NCBI GenBank assembly: GCA_951406725.2
Contig: OX597818.1
Span: forward strand, 122,450,001 to 122,514,000
Direction: 5' to 3'
Length of the DNA stretch: 64,000 nt
Source of the DNA: Octopus vulgaris
Lineage: Eukaryota
The notes under the pieces are model-generated. The model made no database searches. It was given only the letters and a program-made list of their open reading frames with translations, and was not told the origin of the DNA. Position 1 is the first letter of the stretch. Each line of letters begins with the position of its first letter. The position numbers and the translations under genes were made by a program. Positions 40,360 through 54,255 of the stretch are shown here, one piece after another.

Positions 40360-40854
40360 GTTATTATTATTATTATTATTTTCTTTTTCTTACTTCTCAG
40401 AGCAGTCGGTCTTCTTTGCTCTGGGTCATTCTGTGAGAGCAAACAGCAGCCTGTTGTCAGAGATCTTACGGGGTCTCTTTCCGCCCATTATAAGCTTTCA
40501 TACTTGTAGTGAAAAGGTTACACACTCCTTCGCACGTGACAAAGTGGTATGAGTACCACAATAAAGTCAGACAGTCAGTCGTTATAAGAGGTCTGTAGTA
40601 GTAGAGTCGTTGTACGAGTTCTCAGCTGGAGGAAGTGTCAGTTATGTGATATATACGAGTTCGAGTTACCGTCAGGGTAGACGTTTCAAATTCATTGTTT
40701 TGCAGAGCTGTCAGCAATAGCACAATTGCCGAATCAAATATAATAAGACGCGCTATGCCGCCACAATATAATAACGGCGAAAAAAATATTACAGTGACGG
40801 CAATAACATTCAAGTGGACGGGGATCCACATTATAACAATACTTGATTGTTAAT

Positions 40855-42765
40855 TAGCGTGGAAGACATTCAACACTCAAATAACAATAATAGGATCCTA
40901 GCTGTCCCCACTTGAGCCCTTTTAGGGCTTGTTCTGCTCTCATGTCAATTCTAATTTTTCTGATATATTTCTCGAAAGTGGTTGTTAGTGTTCCAAGTGA
41001 CCATACAATTACTGGGGTGACAGACGCTCTCCTCATAATTCACATTCTTGAAAGTTCGTCTTTTAATAGTCTGTACTTGACTATTTATTCATGATCTTTG
41101 TTACTTATGTACGCATCCCCAGGTATTGTAATATCTATAATTTTGGTTTCCTTTTATGAACTTTATCTACCATAACAGCGTCTGGTCTCTGAGCATCGAT
41201 TAAGGAGTCACATTGGATTGTAAAGTCTCACAGTCTTATATTCATTGCTCTTGGTGATTCCTATTTGTACCATTTCCATGCTCTGTCCAGGCCGTATTTT
41301 TCACATTGTCTCCAATGAACAGACTTGGCCACATTATCGTGCCTCCTTTTGTAGTGCCTTTGGGCCAGCTTGCTATACTCATTCACAATATGTGAGATTA
41401 TTTCGTTTTTGCTGGCGCATATCTTACAAAAGGCGATTCGATGCTCTTATATATTCGGAAGTTGGTGTAAGTAGTTATCAGAGCTTGTTTCTGTAAGCTG
41501 CGTATCTGTGCCTCGGCTTTTCGTCCAGAATTTTTGAACCACTGTTGGCTTTTACTTAGGGTCACTTCCTTTGTCGAGCCTGATAGGGTACTGGTCATGA
41601 GGTGATTTTTCTCTCCATTTCTTCTTCCGTATCTTTTGTTATTCAGTTTTCATGTTTTCTTTTATGTTTCTGACCATTTCAGCTATGCCGTCATCCGAGG
41701 TCAGTGTGTCAGTGTTGTTTGTTTCTGTTTTGTATTTTGTTGTTTCCTTGTATATAGAGAAAGTGTTTACTTTTTCTCATGTTGCTTTACTACATGTAGT
41801 GGTCTTCCTATCATTGTTTCTAAGTGCTTTGCTTGTGAATATGTTATTTTTATAGTAGTTTTCTATCTGTATCAGGCCACGCCCTCCTTTTGAGCAGGGC
41901 AGATATATTCTGCCTGTGTCTGCTTTGGGGTGGTGACTTCGGTACGCTGTTAGTAGTTTTCTGGTTTTTCTATCTAGGTTTCACAATTCACTGATCTTCT
42001 AGTTTATTATGATAAAGCTGTAATTTATGAATGGTATGGCTACTGTCATTATCTCTATTATCTTATTTTTAGAATTAATTTCAGTGTTTAATATTAGTCT
42101 AATTCTTCTGTAATACTCTCTCCTAATTTTCTCTTTCATTTCTGTGTGTTGTATTTTAGCTGTTTCTTTTATTCCTAGATATTTGTATATGCGATTGTGG
42201 TCTAGTGTTCTAATATCTGTGTCTATGTCGAGTGTAGTGTTTTCAGTGATGAATAATGTGCCTCTTCTTAGTGTGAATCTAGCACATTTGTCTACCCCAA
42301 TGCTCATACCGATGTCATTTCTGAAACTCTGAACAATTTTGATAGGGTTTCTCTGTTCTGTTCCATGGTGTTTTTGTCGTAACGTGTTAGGTCATCTCCG
42401 TACAGGAGATGGTTTATTTTTTTGTCCGTAACACCTATAACCAATGGTGGTATCCTTTAACAAGTTTGAAGGGGTCAGAGAAGGGCCGAAAATCTGTCGT
42501 GACGGTGAGTCTCTCTGGAAAATCTCTCTTCTTATGGGTATAGGGTAGGTTTTGATAACTTGCGAGCCATTTTTTAATGTTATACTGGTTTTCAAGTATG
42601 CCTTTGCATGTTTAATATATTTCAGTAGCGGTGGGGCTACATTGATTCCAGTGTCCATTAGTGTGGAACACTATCGAATGCTTTCTGGTAATCAATGCAA
42701 GTCATGTTCAGGTTTGTCTTTCTCCTCTTACAGAAATGGAAACAAATTTGAAAGAAGATAAAAAT
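40855..42765 (-). pseudogene. Older decayed R4/Dong-like LINE (RT plus REL remnants)
   Basis: IDYQKAFDSVPH, IFQRDSPS, HLLYGDD, GVDKCA, YKYLGI, KSQQWFKNSGRKAEAQ, PVIVWSLG; many frameshifts. Confidence 0.85.
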
Positions 42766-42779
42766 AACAACAACAACAG

Positions 42780-42843
<64 letters not shown>

Positions 42844-42851
42844 TACTTCTT

Positions 42852-42903
<52 letters not shown>

Positions 42904-42936
42904 AGATGATGCAGTGGTAATTTAGCTGATCCCATC

Positions 42937-42982
<46 letters not shown>

Positions 42983-43032
42983 GCTAATAATACTGCTAAT
43001 AATAATAATAATAATACTGCTAATAATACTGC

Positions 43033-43096
<64 letters not shown>
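42765..43096. repeat. (AAC)/(TAC)n and (AAT)n microsatellites
   Basis: Visible directly. Confidence 0.95.
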
Positions 43097-43097
<1 letters not shown>

Positions 43098-43629
43098 TTT
43101 GTACGACTTCTGAGTAAGCTAGTTGTGGTGATGATAGTGGCGCTTCAGATGTTGCTTGTCGCGTTGATCGCATTAAGTCTTGAAGAAAGCAGGATGAGTG
43201 AATGAAGATTATGCGGTAACATGTAATAAGAAAAAAAAAAGGTGTATGTCGTAAAAAGTAAAGGAATGAAGTACAGAAAATAATAAAAAAATGGAAAAAT
43301 AAACAAATCTTGTGTAAGGAAAGAACAAGTACAGTAACATAAATTGCATAATAACGGAGAAAATGGAGACGTCAAGTATATAGATAAAACTTACAGAAGC
43401 ACATCACATATAATATTTAATGAATAGCAAAAAATTCGATTACGGGGAATTACTCAAGAGCTAGTAGATCTAACACTCCCCCGTTGGAGTGTTTAAATCT
43501 AAGGTCAGTGTGTAATAAGAGCAGCGGAACAAAAAGTTTGAAGATTATAGGTGACTGTGAGGAGTTGAGGAGGAAAAAGGAGAGAATAACGTCTAGATAT
43601 ATTTTATTTGATGACCGTCTATCTATCTG

Positions 43630-43667
<38 letters not shown>

Positions 43668-43668
43668 A

Positions 43669-43797
<129 letters not shown>

Positions 43798-43819
43798 GTC
43801 TGTCTTCTCTCTGTATATA

Positions 43820-43892
<73 letters not shown>

Positions 43893-44004
43893 ATGTATAT
43901 ATATATATATACAAATACATATACACACACATATATACATATAAAGACATACATAGACACAGTCACACAAACATAGATACACACACACGTATATATAGAG
44001 AGAA

Positions 44005-44290
44005 ATTTTCAGAATGAGATGAAAATCCAAGTTTGTGATAGATTTTAGAACATTTATAAATAGGTCCTAAAGCTGTTTCCGAGATATTTTATATATCAAT
44101 TCATCGGAGACAGTATGCGAAAATGGTTAAACAATAGTTATTCTAGATAAGATATGAAATAGAGAGTGTAATGGAAGAATGAAAATAAACGTGAGATATG
44201 CAGGGATATTGCATCTGTAGATCCATTAATAAAGGCAGAATGGTATACATATAAAATTCCAATATTTTGTAAGTTCCCATAGTATTTACA
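44005..44290 (-). mobile_element. Copy of the 24252 HHR element (HHR decayed, 44064-44111)
   Basis: agaatgagatgaaaatccaag...agctgtttccgagatattttatatatcaattcatcggagac. Confidence 0.75.
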
Positions 44291-44306
44291 CACACATGCA
44301 CACACA

Positions 44307-44375
<69 letters not shown>

Positions 44376-44525
44376 GTATGCGTGATGGGGATGCCTCTGT
44401 GTGTGTATAAAGAAGACAGCGTGAGAAACAGGGAGAGTTATAAGATGAGATGGGGGAAAACAAGGGTCGAAAAATGAATGATGAAAGGATCATCGTTATC
44501 CATGAGAAGAATAACCCATCAAATA

Positions 44526-44712
44526 CTAGCAGTATACCCCGGCATTTCCCGGGATTAAGTTGGGATAATTAAGATAATCAAGCGTTTTGTTTCAAACCAA
44601 ACACCGACGTCGAATTTGAGCAAATCCAAAGAAATTGTTAAACGTTTGGTTGAAAATGAGTTGCAGACAATTTGTTTGTGAAATCCCATAAGGGATCGGT
44701 TTATCGATGTTT

Positions 44713-44792
<80 letters not shown>

Positions 44793-44913
44793 ATATATAT
44801 ATATATATATATAAATTTGGATTTATTCCCTAATATATATACATATATATATACATATATATATGTATGTATATATCTATATATATAGATAGATATATGC
44901 ATATATATATATA

Positions 44914-44996
<83 letters not shown>

Positions 44997-45090
44997 CATA
45001 TAAACGTACACATAAAAGTTTGGTTGAAAATGAGTTGCAGACAATTTGTTTGGGAAATCCCATCAGGAATCGGTCTAGCGATTTTTTTAT
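44526..45090 (-). mobile_element. Helitron 3' portion with internal microsatellite and duplicated block
   Basis: Minus strand cccgggaaatgccgggg-tatactg-CTAG|t; block tttggttgaaaatgagttgcagacaatttgtttg at 44645 and 45019; 5' boundary uncertain. Confidence 0.65.
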
Positions 45091-45111
45091 ATGTGTATAT
45101 ATATATATGTA

Positions 45112-45220
<109 letters not shown>

Positions 45221-45238
45221 GTATGTATATATATGTAC

Positions 45239-45314
<76 letters not shown>

Positions 45315-45553
45315 GCATATAAACATACACATATGTATTTGACAATATTCTTTTACGTCTCTCATTTTCAGATATAGCTTGATATATAGGTGAACAGTCA
45401 GCGGTGTTCTTGGGGAGCGAACGATTTAAACTTGTAGTTGTGAAGAAGTTAGCTGAATGAAAACTGAAAGACATCTCAATATAGGAAGAGAGTTACTTCC
45501 TATAATGTCATGATTTCCACCTGTATTATTAAAACTGCAAGAACTTCACAAAA

Positions 45554-45591
45554 CTGCTACTCAGAGTTTCAAGCTTCCTCTCGTCGGGCAG
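45554..45591 (-). ncRNA. Compact type I HHR motif (CCGACGA core)
   Basis: ctgc-CCGACGA-gag-gaag-ctt-GAAAC-tctga-GTA-gcag; near-palindromic ACTC-T-GAGT stem III. Confidence 0.65.
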
Positions 45592-45679
45592 GTGTGATCA
45601 TAAAAGCATATTACTATACCTCCCATACGCGAGTACTAATTTTTCCATCTTGATTCGCATTTATCTGCTTACTCACGCT

Positions 45680-45710
<31 letters not shown>

Positions 45711-45754
45711 CTCTCTCTCTCTACACACACACACACACACACACAAAAACTCAC

Positions 45755-45828
<74 letters not shown>

Positions 45829-45903
45829 CATATATGTGTGTATATATATATTTATTTGTAGTTTAATGTCCCATTATATATATATATACATATATATATA
45901 TAT

Positions 45904-45951
<48 letters not shown>

Positions 45952-46414
45952 TGGCATTTTTTTATATAGAATACATGTGTACCTTTGCTCTCACCTGTAT
46001 ACACAACACCTCAGCGACGTATACAACATAATTTCGCAACGACATATTCCAACGCGACCAAATTAACAGACACTTTACCTAAAAGTGCACAGTAATTTTT
46101 TATTGTCACCAAGAGAATAATTGCTACTTTGCCCAATACAGCATAACAAATGATTTAGACTGAAAAACCAACAAAAAGAAAAAGAAAAACAAAACAAAGC
46201 AATAAACGGAAACAAAGCAGGAATTGACGTGAAAACGAAAGTAAAAGTACATTGTGATCGTCATTTCTGAAGCATTAGTCAATAAACTGAGACAATTCAA
46301 ACGCGAATAAAACCATCTGTGAACAGTATTCGCATCAACAACCACCCCATTTATGGTGTTTTCACACATAGGAAACACTGAGTAATGCAGGGAAGTTACA
46401 ATCTGGAACAAGGA

Positions 46415-46850
46415 ATGGCAGTGTAGTTATGAAGCTTTCTTAGTAACCACGGCGTTTCATGGTCGCAGGTGTCTTTTACTTTAGACAAATGTGGACAGAC
46501 TAATGTCTTGTGAGCAAATTTGACAGACTACCGACTGTCAAAATCCACTCCGTGGAAGCACATCGTATATATAATGCATACGCATTCACACACATGTACA
46601 CACAGGCACACACACATATATACACAAAGAATTATGTGTGTGTGTCTTTGTGTTTGTATTTGTCCCCCCCCCCCCCACCGTTTGACAACCGGTGTTATTT
46701 TGCTCACATCTCCGTAACTTAGAGACCGCTAGAATGAGTACCAAAGTTTTCAAAAACAAGTACTGGTGTCAATTTGTTGAAATAAAACTATCCCAGGCAG
46801 TGCCCCAGCATAGCCGCCGACCAATAAGTGAAAGAAATAAAAGATAAAGA
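46415..46850 (+). mobile_element. Decayed family 1 SINE
   Basis: gtcttgtgagcaaatttg...gtttgacaaccggtg...ccccagcatagccgc. Confidence 0.6.
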
Positions 46851-47144
46851 AGAACGTATATATGTACACTCACACACATAACTAAAAAGCTAACACCAAT
46901 CCATGGGAAATAGTTTTTCTTTTCCTCCCGGCAAATGTTTTTCTGTATATTGTTCTATTTCTCTTTACCAATACCGAAGCAGTCTGATTTTCTATACACC
47001 ACTAGTATAAAAGAAAGTTTGCTCTCTGGGACGGTATGTCTGTAGAGTTGTCGATATTGACCAATCCAACAGTCAGTGCAGAACAGAACATGGTAACTTT
47101 CGTACTAGATATGTGTCGTAAAAGGTAATATAAGACTCGATGTA

Positions 47145-47360
47145 AGGCGACAAACTGGTAGAATTGTTAGGATGATAAGAAAACAATATCTTGCGACATT
47201 TTGTCCGTCTTTACGTTCGGAGTTCAAATGTAGCTGCGGTCGACTTTGTCTTTCATCTTTTCGAGGTCGATAGAATAAGTATCAGTTGAGCACTGGGGTC
47301 GATCGAGTCGACTTAGCCCCTTCCTTGAAATTGCTGACCTCGTTCCAAAATTTGAAACTA
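47145..47360 (+). mobile_element. Family 2 SINE (decayed)
   Basis: ggagttcaaatg...ggtcgactttgtctttcatcttttcgaggtcgata. Confidence 0.7.
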
Positions 47361-47869
47361 ACATACGGCGCGATGGTTTATGAAAATAGAATCACTGTTA
47401 TTCAGGCTGGTTGTACATTTTTCTGATTTATTGACAAGAATTTATTAAACTTTCGAGAAAATGTGAAATAATTATTTTTGGGAGGATCGGATCTCGAAGT
47501 CATCACATAAATCTATAATTGAAAGCACATAAATATTGAGTTGAAAAACACTTTCAGACAGACAAACTTTAGCTTAGTTCAAATAGTTTTGTGATATATT
47601 TACGAAGGTTAAGAAGCTAAAAACACAACTAAGCCCTCCAGTAGGTGTAGAGACTGAACAGATAAAATGATTTTACAACTTTTACCATAACAGAGAAAAA
47701 CATTTCCACGTTAATCTACAGTGAATTTGTCCTTAAAAAATTATATGTCAAATACATTTGAACTAACGTAAAGTATGTTTCTTTTTCATTACGGACTAGT
47801 GCTGCTACTACTGTATTTGTTCTGGCCAGGTTATCCGCATGGACAAATCAGTCACTAAAATTGGTTAAA

Positions 47870-48250
47870 AATTTTGGTAGAAGGTAGGCAATTTTATGGG
47901 AGAGAATAAGTCAATTTGCTCATATGCTACTTATTTTATCGGCCTCGAGGGGATGACAGGCACTGTCGACTACGGCAGAATTTGAACTCAGAACGTAAAG
48001 ACGGATGAAACGCCGGCTCGCTATCTTCAATCAGTCACTAACACATATTTCAAATTTTTGGCAAAAGGCCAGTAATTTCTATGGGAATTCGATTATATTA
48101 ACCCCAGTGTTTGACTGGTAATTTTATCGTCCCTGAAAGGATAAAAGGCAAAGTCGGACTCAGTGCAATTTGAAATCAGAACTTCAAGGTTAACGAAATG
48201 CCGCTAAGCATTTTTTCCAGTGCAGTAACGATTCTGCTAGCTCGCCGCTT
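47870..48250 (-). mobile_element. Two adjacent decayed family 2 SINE copies
   Basis: gaatttgaactcagaacgtaaagacgg and aacgattctgctagctcgccgc. Confidence 0.65.
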
Positions 48251-48359
48251 TGTGTCACTCAATACTATTGTCTATTCTAAGATGTGCTTCGAGTTGCAGT
48301 GTCTCAATATATGTATGTACATACATACATAGAAAGATACATACATACTTATATACATA

Positions 48360-48765
48360 TAAGGAGTGGATGTGTGGTAAGTAGCTTGCTTACCAACCAC
48401 ATGGTTCCGGGTTCAGTCCCACTGCGTGGCACTTTGGGCAAGTGTCTTCTACTATAGCCTCGGGCCGACCAGACCCTTGTGAGTGGATTTGGTAGACGGA
48501 AACTGAAAGAAGCCTGTCGTATACATGTATATATATATTTATGTGTGTGTATATGTTTGTGTGTCTCTTTGTCCCCCCAACATCGCTTGACAACCGATGC
48601 TGGTGTGTTTACGTCCCCGTAACTTAGCGGTTCGGTAAAAGAGACCGATGGAATAAGTACTAGGTTTCCAAAGAATAAGTCCTGGGGTCGATTTGTTCGA
48701 CTAAAGGCGGTGCTCCAGCATGGCCACAGTCAAATGACTGAAACAAGTAAAAGAGAAAAGAGAGA
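48360..48765 (+). mobile_element. Family 1 SINE
   Basis: ggagtggatgtgtggtaag...gactgaaacaagtaaaagag. Confidence 0.9.
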
Positions 48766-49293
48766 GAGATATATATATACTTACATACTACATACGTACA
48801 TACGTACACACCTACCAACATACATACATGCAAACATACATATAGACAAACATGCATACATATATACCTATATATATATATATATGCTTTGGATGTGAAT
48901 AAATCTCCACTCTTCTCTTCGTTTTCAATTACACACGCGCGCATACACACACACATATATATACATAAATATAATATATATATATATGCATTTGTGTATA
49001 TATTTGTTGCTACACTAATTTTGGGAACAATACGCAGCAATGGACTAGGTTGGGAGGAGTTAAGTTTATTGAAGAGAACCTAGTTCCGAATGCATATTTG
49101 ACTCATCGGGATTTCAGCAGAATTAATAGAGATTTATTCCAGTATTCTAACATTCATGGCACTATCCTGCCACTGTGTATTGGGTGAACCGTTAATATAA
49201 TAAGATAACATATTGATATGTATAGAAAGGATAAAGTATTAGACAGATATATTAAGGAACACATGCATACACACATGCAGCTACATATATATT

Positions 49294-49341
<48 letters not shown>

Positions 49342-49453
49342 CATATATATATATATAATATATATATATATATACATATGCATATATGAATATATATATA
49401 TACATATAAATATATGTATATATGAATATATATATATATATATGCATATATAT

Positions 49454-49516
<63 letters not shown>

Positions 49517-49605
49517 TACATGCATACATACATATATAAGTACATAGATATATGCATATATTGCATATAACTATCTATCCATATAATACAGATACTCATA
49601 TATGA

Positions 49606-49675
<70 letters not shown>

Positions 49676-50195
49676 AGGACGAGGGAGAAATTCAATAAGA
49701 AATTTGTGGAAGGTTGTAAGAGATAAAGAGTTAGCAACTTGAAGCAATATCGCATGACGACTGGAGCAATAAAAATAGTATCATGTATGTATGATGTATA
49801 ACATTAATATTGCCGAAGTTTGCTATAGAATAAATATGGGTAGTCTATTGTAATATTCATGTTGTGTTTCATGGTGGCAAGGATATATGCAAGACGCATA
49901 TTTTCCCCGATATTGCATTGATCGTTGCATGCAAAAGTTATTTGCGTTTCCGTTTCGAATGCGGCATGCTGTAACACTACCTTGTAGGATTTAGTCGGAA
50001 ATATCCACCTGGTAATTATTTGTAAATCTTGTTACTGTCCTGCTGGCGAACCGCTAGGTTATGAAGATGCAAACAAATTGATATCAGTTGTCAAGTGATG
50101 ATTGGGTACAAAATTGAAACACAAACACACACTTGGATACATATATACGCGCATACATACATACACGTATTTATATGAATACGTATGCATGTATG

Positions 50196-50239
<44 letters not shown>

Positions 50240-50243
50240 CACA

Positions 50244-50316
<73 letters not shown>

Positions 50317-50319
<3 letters not shown>

Positions 50320-50620
50320 TAAATGGAATTCCAACCTTGTCTGATTTTCACGTTTTATTTACGATCTTATAATGATATAATATAAGATAATATAATATAA
50401 TAAAATAAGATAACATAAAATAAAATAATAGAATGTTAAATGTTCATTCTGACTGACCTAGTACTTTCATGCATTAAATTCTGCAATCTTCAGGTTCATG
50501 TAGTAGTGGTGACAGTCATGCTTCACAATTTATATTATATATTATATTATCTTATATTATATCATTATAAGATTGTAAATAAAACGTGAAAATCAGACAA
50601 GATTGGAATTCCTTTTATAA
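50317..50620. mobile_element. Fold-back element (about 90-bp arms) with central HHR, in (TA)n
   Basis: 50317-50405 approximately the reverse complement of 50527-50620. Confidence 0.8.
50454..50498 (-). ncRNA. Type I HHR motif
   Basis: tgaac-CTGAAGA-t-tgca-gaatttaa-tgca-t-GAAAG-ta-CTA-ggtca; palindromic AGTACT stem III; one mismatch in stem I. Confidence 0.6.
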
Positions 50621-50668
50621 ATATATTCTTCTATGCACAATCACACACACCCATATATATCTATACCT

Positions 50669-50722
<54 letters not shown>

Positions 50723-50842
50723 CATCCAAACAAGAACAAGCAAGAAAAACAACAACACAAGGACGTGGAATATGTACTGTGTTATTGGACGATCAGGAAA
50801 CATATACATACATATACACATATACACGTGTGTATGCATGTA

Positions 50843-50963
<121 letters not shown>

Positions 50964-51281
50964 GGATATACAAACAGGCACACACCTATATAAATATATA
51001 ACGGGTTTGAATATAATTTTTCTATTGTAAATTCAAGGTGCCGCGTGCAGTAGGACTGAAACGGAAAAAATGTGGCTTACTGAGACAACTTCTTAATTCT
51101 ACACAAACACTCCTGTGTTTTATATGTGCGTGTGTGTGTGTGCACGCGCGCCTATGCATTACTATTAACGTTTTTTTTTTTATGTAAAATAACTCCATAA
51201 TTCTTAATAAAGTATATGTTTATTAAATTCGAACCTGAAGTTCATCTGTGACTTCGAAGTCTGTATATTTAATGCAATATA

Positions 51282-51620
51282 AGCGCATGGCTCAGTGGTT
51301 AGAGCGTCGAGCTTACGATCGTGAGGTTGGGAGCTCGAATCCCGGACCGGGCTGCGTGTTGTGTTCTTGAGCAAGGCACTTTATTTCACGTTGCTCCAGT
51401 TCACTCAGCTGTAGAAATGAGTTGCGACGTCACTGGTGCCAAGCTGTATCGACCTTTGTCTTTCCCTCGGATAACACTGGTGGCGTGGAGAGGGGAGGCT
51501 GGTATGCATGGGCGACTGCTGGTCTTCCATAAACAACCTTGCCCGGACTTGTGTCTAGGAGGGTAACTTTCTAGGTGCAATCCCATGGTCATTCATGACC
51601 GAAGGGGGTCTTTACCCCCT
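51282..51620 (+). mobile_element. tRNA-derived SINE (family 4)
   Basis: A box tggctcagtgg, B-box-like gctcgaatccc, CORE/V-like gtgttcttgagcaaggcactt. Confidence 0.85.
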
Positions 51621-51817
51621 TTAATATGATATATTTCATTATAATGTAGTAGAGTATTGTACTTTTTATAAAGCATTGTTGCAAATATATAAACGTAGTT
51701 TGTAAAATAGAAATGATTGATGGTATTGTGTTGTGTTATGTTTTTGCGGTTTAGAACCCCTATCTCAGGAAATTGTTGGAGAAAATGTATTCCTTAACTT
51801 CTCTGCGTTGTGGATGT

Positions 51818-52172
51818 GTGGAAGCACTCCGTCGGTTACGACGACGAGGGTTCCGGTTGATCCGAATCAACGGAACAGCCTGCTCGTGAAATTAACATGT
51901 AAGTGACTGAGCACTCCACAGACACGTGTACCCTTAACGTAGTTCTCGGGGATATTCAGCGTGACACAGAGAGTGACAAGGCCGGCCCTTTGAAGTACAG
52001 GTACAACAGAAACAGGAAGTAAGAGTGAGAGAAATTTGTGGTGAAAGAGTACAACAGGGATCCCCACCATCCCCTGCCGGAGCCTCGTGGAGCTTTTTGG
52101 TGTTTTCGCTCAATAAACACTCACAACGCCCGGTCTGGGAATCGAAACCGCGATCCTATGACCGCGAGTTCG
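51818..52172 (-). mobile_element. Family 3 SINE, head partly lost
   Basis: Very similar to 8880-9230. Confidence 0.9.
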
Positions 52173-52199
52173 CTATGTATGTATTTGAATGTCTCTCAA

Positions 52200-53190
52200 T
52201 AGTTACAAATTCGTTGCGTGCAACTCCGTTCTATTATTACTTGAGGATGTAGAGACTCTTTATTCTGAAATTCCCAATGTTTCTTTCTGTAGCTTCAAAG
52301 AAAGCGGATGCCTTGGTACGACATTTCTTCAGATGTTTATTGACGGAAGAAGCATTAGCATGGAGGTTTCCCTCAATTTGTATATGTAATTGTAGAATGG
52401 AATTTCCTATGTAGAGTTCGTTGCATCTGGTACACGTTATTGTATATACTACTTAAGAGTGCAAACATGTATATACAGTTTTGATCGGAGAGATGGGCAG
52501 TGTACATATGGTGTTGTTATGGTTTGGCTTGATTTTAGTTAGCCTTCTCCTCAGGGAAGTTCCTGAGTGTGCTATTCGTATATCCAGTCCCTGTTTATGG
52601 ACCACAAGGGCGACACCAGTAGTTGTTTTTGTTTTTCGTTAAAATGTGGCAGTTTTAGATGAAAAAAAAAGCACATGTTATCCTTGAATGTGTGGATTCT
52701 ATAAGGTGACCTGGTGACGTTCTGGTGTTTTGTGAATGGGATACCCATGCTCCATAAGAAGCTTTGTGAATTGTATGGTGTCAGGGATTTTGCTTTCAAC
52801 CTGGCTACATTTATAGCGTATCCTGTGAATCTCATTTCTAATGTCAGCCATCTTAGTTATGATGGGTAGGGATGAATTAAAATGTACAAATATACCCTTG
52901 TATATCACTTTTATGTAAAAGTTATTGGACATAGACCCATTCTGAGTGGTTTTGAATTCAAAATCGGGATGAGATATGGAACTTGTGTTATCAAGATGCT
53001 TCACCTCAAATTTTATTTGTTCGTCGATATTGTTGAACATATTGTATATATTTTCAGCCTTCACATAAGATGATGTTAATATGCGGATATCATCTAGATA
53101 CGTAGCTAAAAAGGCACAGGAGTTGCAGCTGATGAGTGCCCTGCATTCTGACCGGTACATGTATGTGATTGCTACAGGGCCTCGCAAGTT
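52200..53190 (-). pseudogene. Penelope-like element RT plus C-terminal GIY-YIG endonuclease remnant
   Basis: TYLDDI...IKFE...FVHFNSSLP...LMEHGYP (RT/thumb); VVYTITCTRCNELYIG at 52405-52452; frameshifted. Confidence 0.85.
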
Positions 53191-54020
53191 TCACCCCATC
53201 CGCAGCACAGAAAAATTGATTGTTAACAGATCTTTCTAACTAGAAGGTGTTGCTCATTATAACAGTTAATGTACACACACACACACATACACACACACAC
53301 ACACTTGAATTTACAGACAACTGGAATAAGTTCTTAATAACTAAGTAGATTAACTGTGCACTAAGTTCTCAAATTAGTCTCTATGTTGCTACTGTGTTAA
53401 ACATGGTTCTTAGCAGATAAAATAATGCAATATAAGTGCGTGATCAGCGAATGTGACAGTGTTTCACGTGTTGTTGACTCCTCCTCGGAGAAGACATACC
53501 CTTGTTTCCTTCCCTACTGAATAACCTAGATCAGCTGATATATATATATATATAACGATGTCATAAATTAGGCTAGTAAATGAGAGGACAGTTTAAATTT
53601 CATAATTGCAATTTTCTCAACTACTCATGAATTAAGTAATATTTTATGAACTGTGCAGCGAAATCTAAAGAACTGAAATAAATTCCAATATGCCAGTATA
53701 AAACAAGTAAACACTTAAAAAACGGGGAAGTCTGGGGAAAATGATAGATTCTGTCTTCTCAATATTATTTAATTAGTGACGAACTGTCAAAGGCACAACT
53801 ATGTAGATTAGGCTATCCATTAAAATGCGAGTGTAATTTATTGGCTAATTTATGTATCAGATTACTGATACTCTTGATTAGGCAAAGATACCTTGTACGT
53901 CTTCTGTGAGGAGCGTTCAACAAGCAGTAAAACGGTCCCAAAAGGCACTCATTTTATTTGGACATCACTGGTAATGAAAGCATGTGTTTAAATTATCATC
54001 ATTCTCGCAGTGAAGGTTCC

Positions 54021-54072
<52 letters not shown>

Positions 54073-54152
54073 ATAATAAATATTAGGGAATGAATCCAAA
54101 ATTACAGGGAAAAATCAGATTTAGGGTTAAATCCAATTTTATAGTATCGAAT

Positions 54153-54214
<62 letters not shown>

Positions 54215-54255
54215 ATAAGTGTGTGTGTAGGTGTATGTGTGTGTGTGTGTGTATA

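Noticed and set aside
49058-49105. TTGAAGA-gaac-cta-gttc-cGAATgcata as an HHR
   Set aside because: Core and stem I too degenerate; at most a relic
51285-51350. Bona fide tRNA gene (also other A/B-box heads)
   Set aside because: Runs directly into a SINE body; no clean acceptor stem or poly-T terminator
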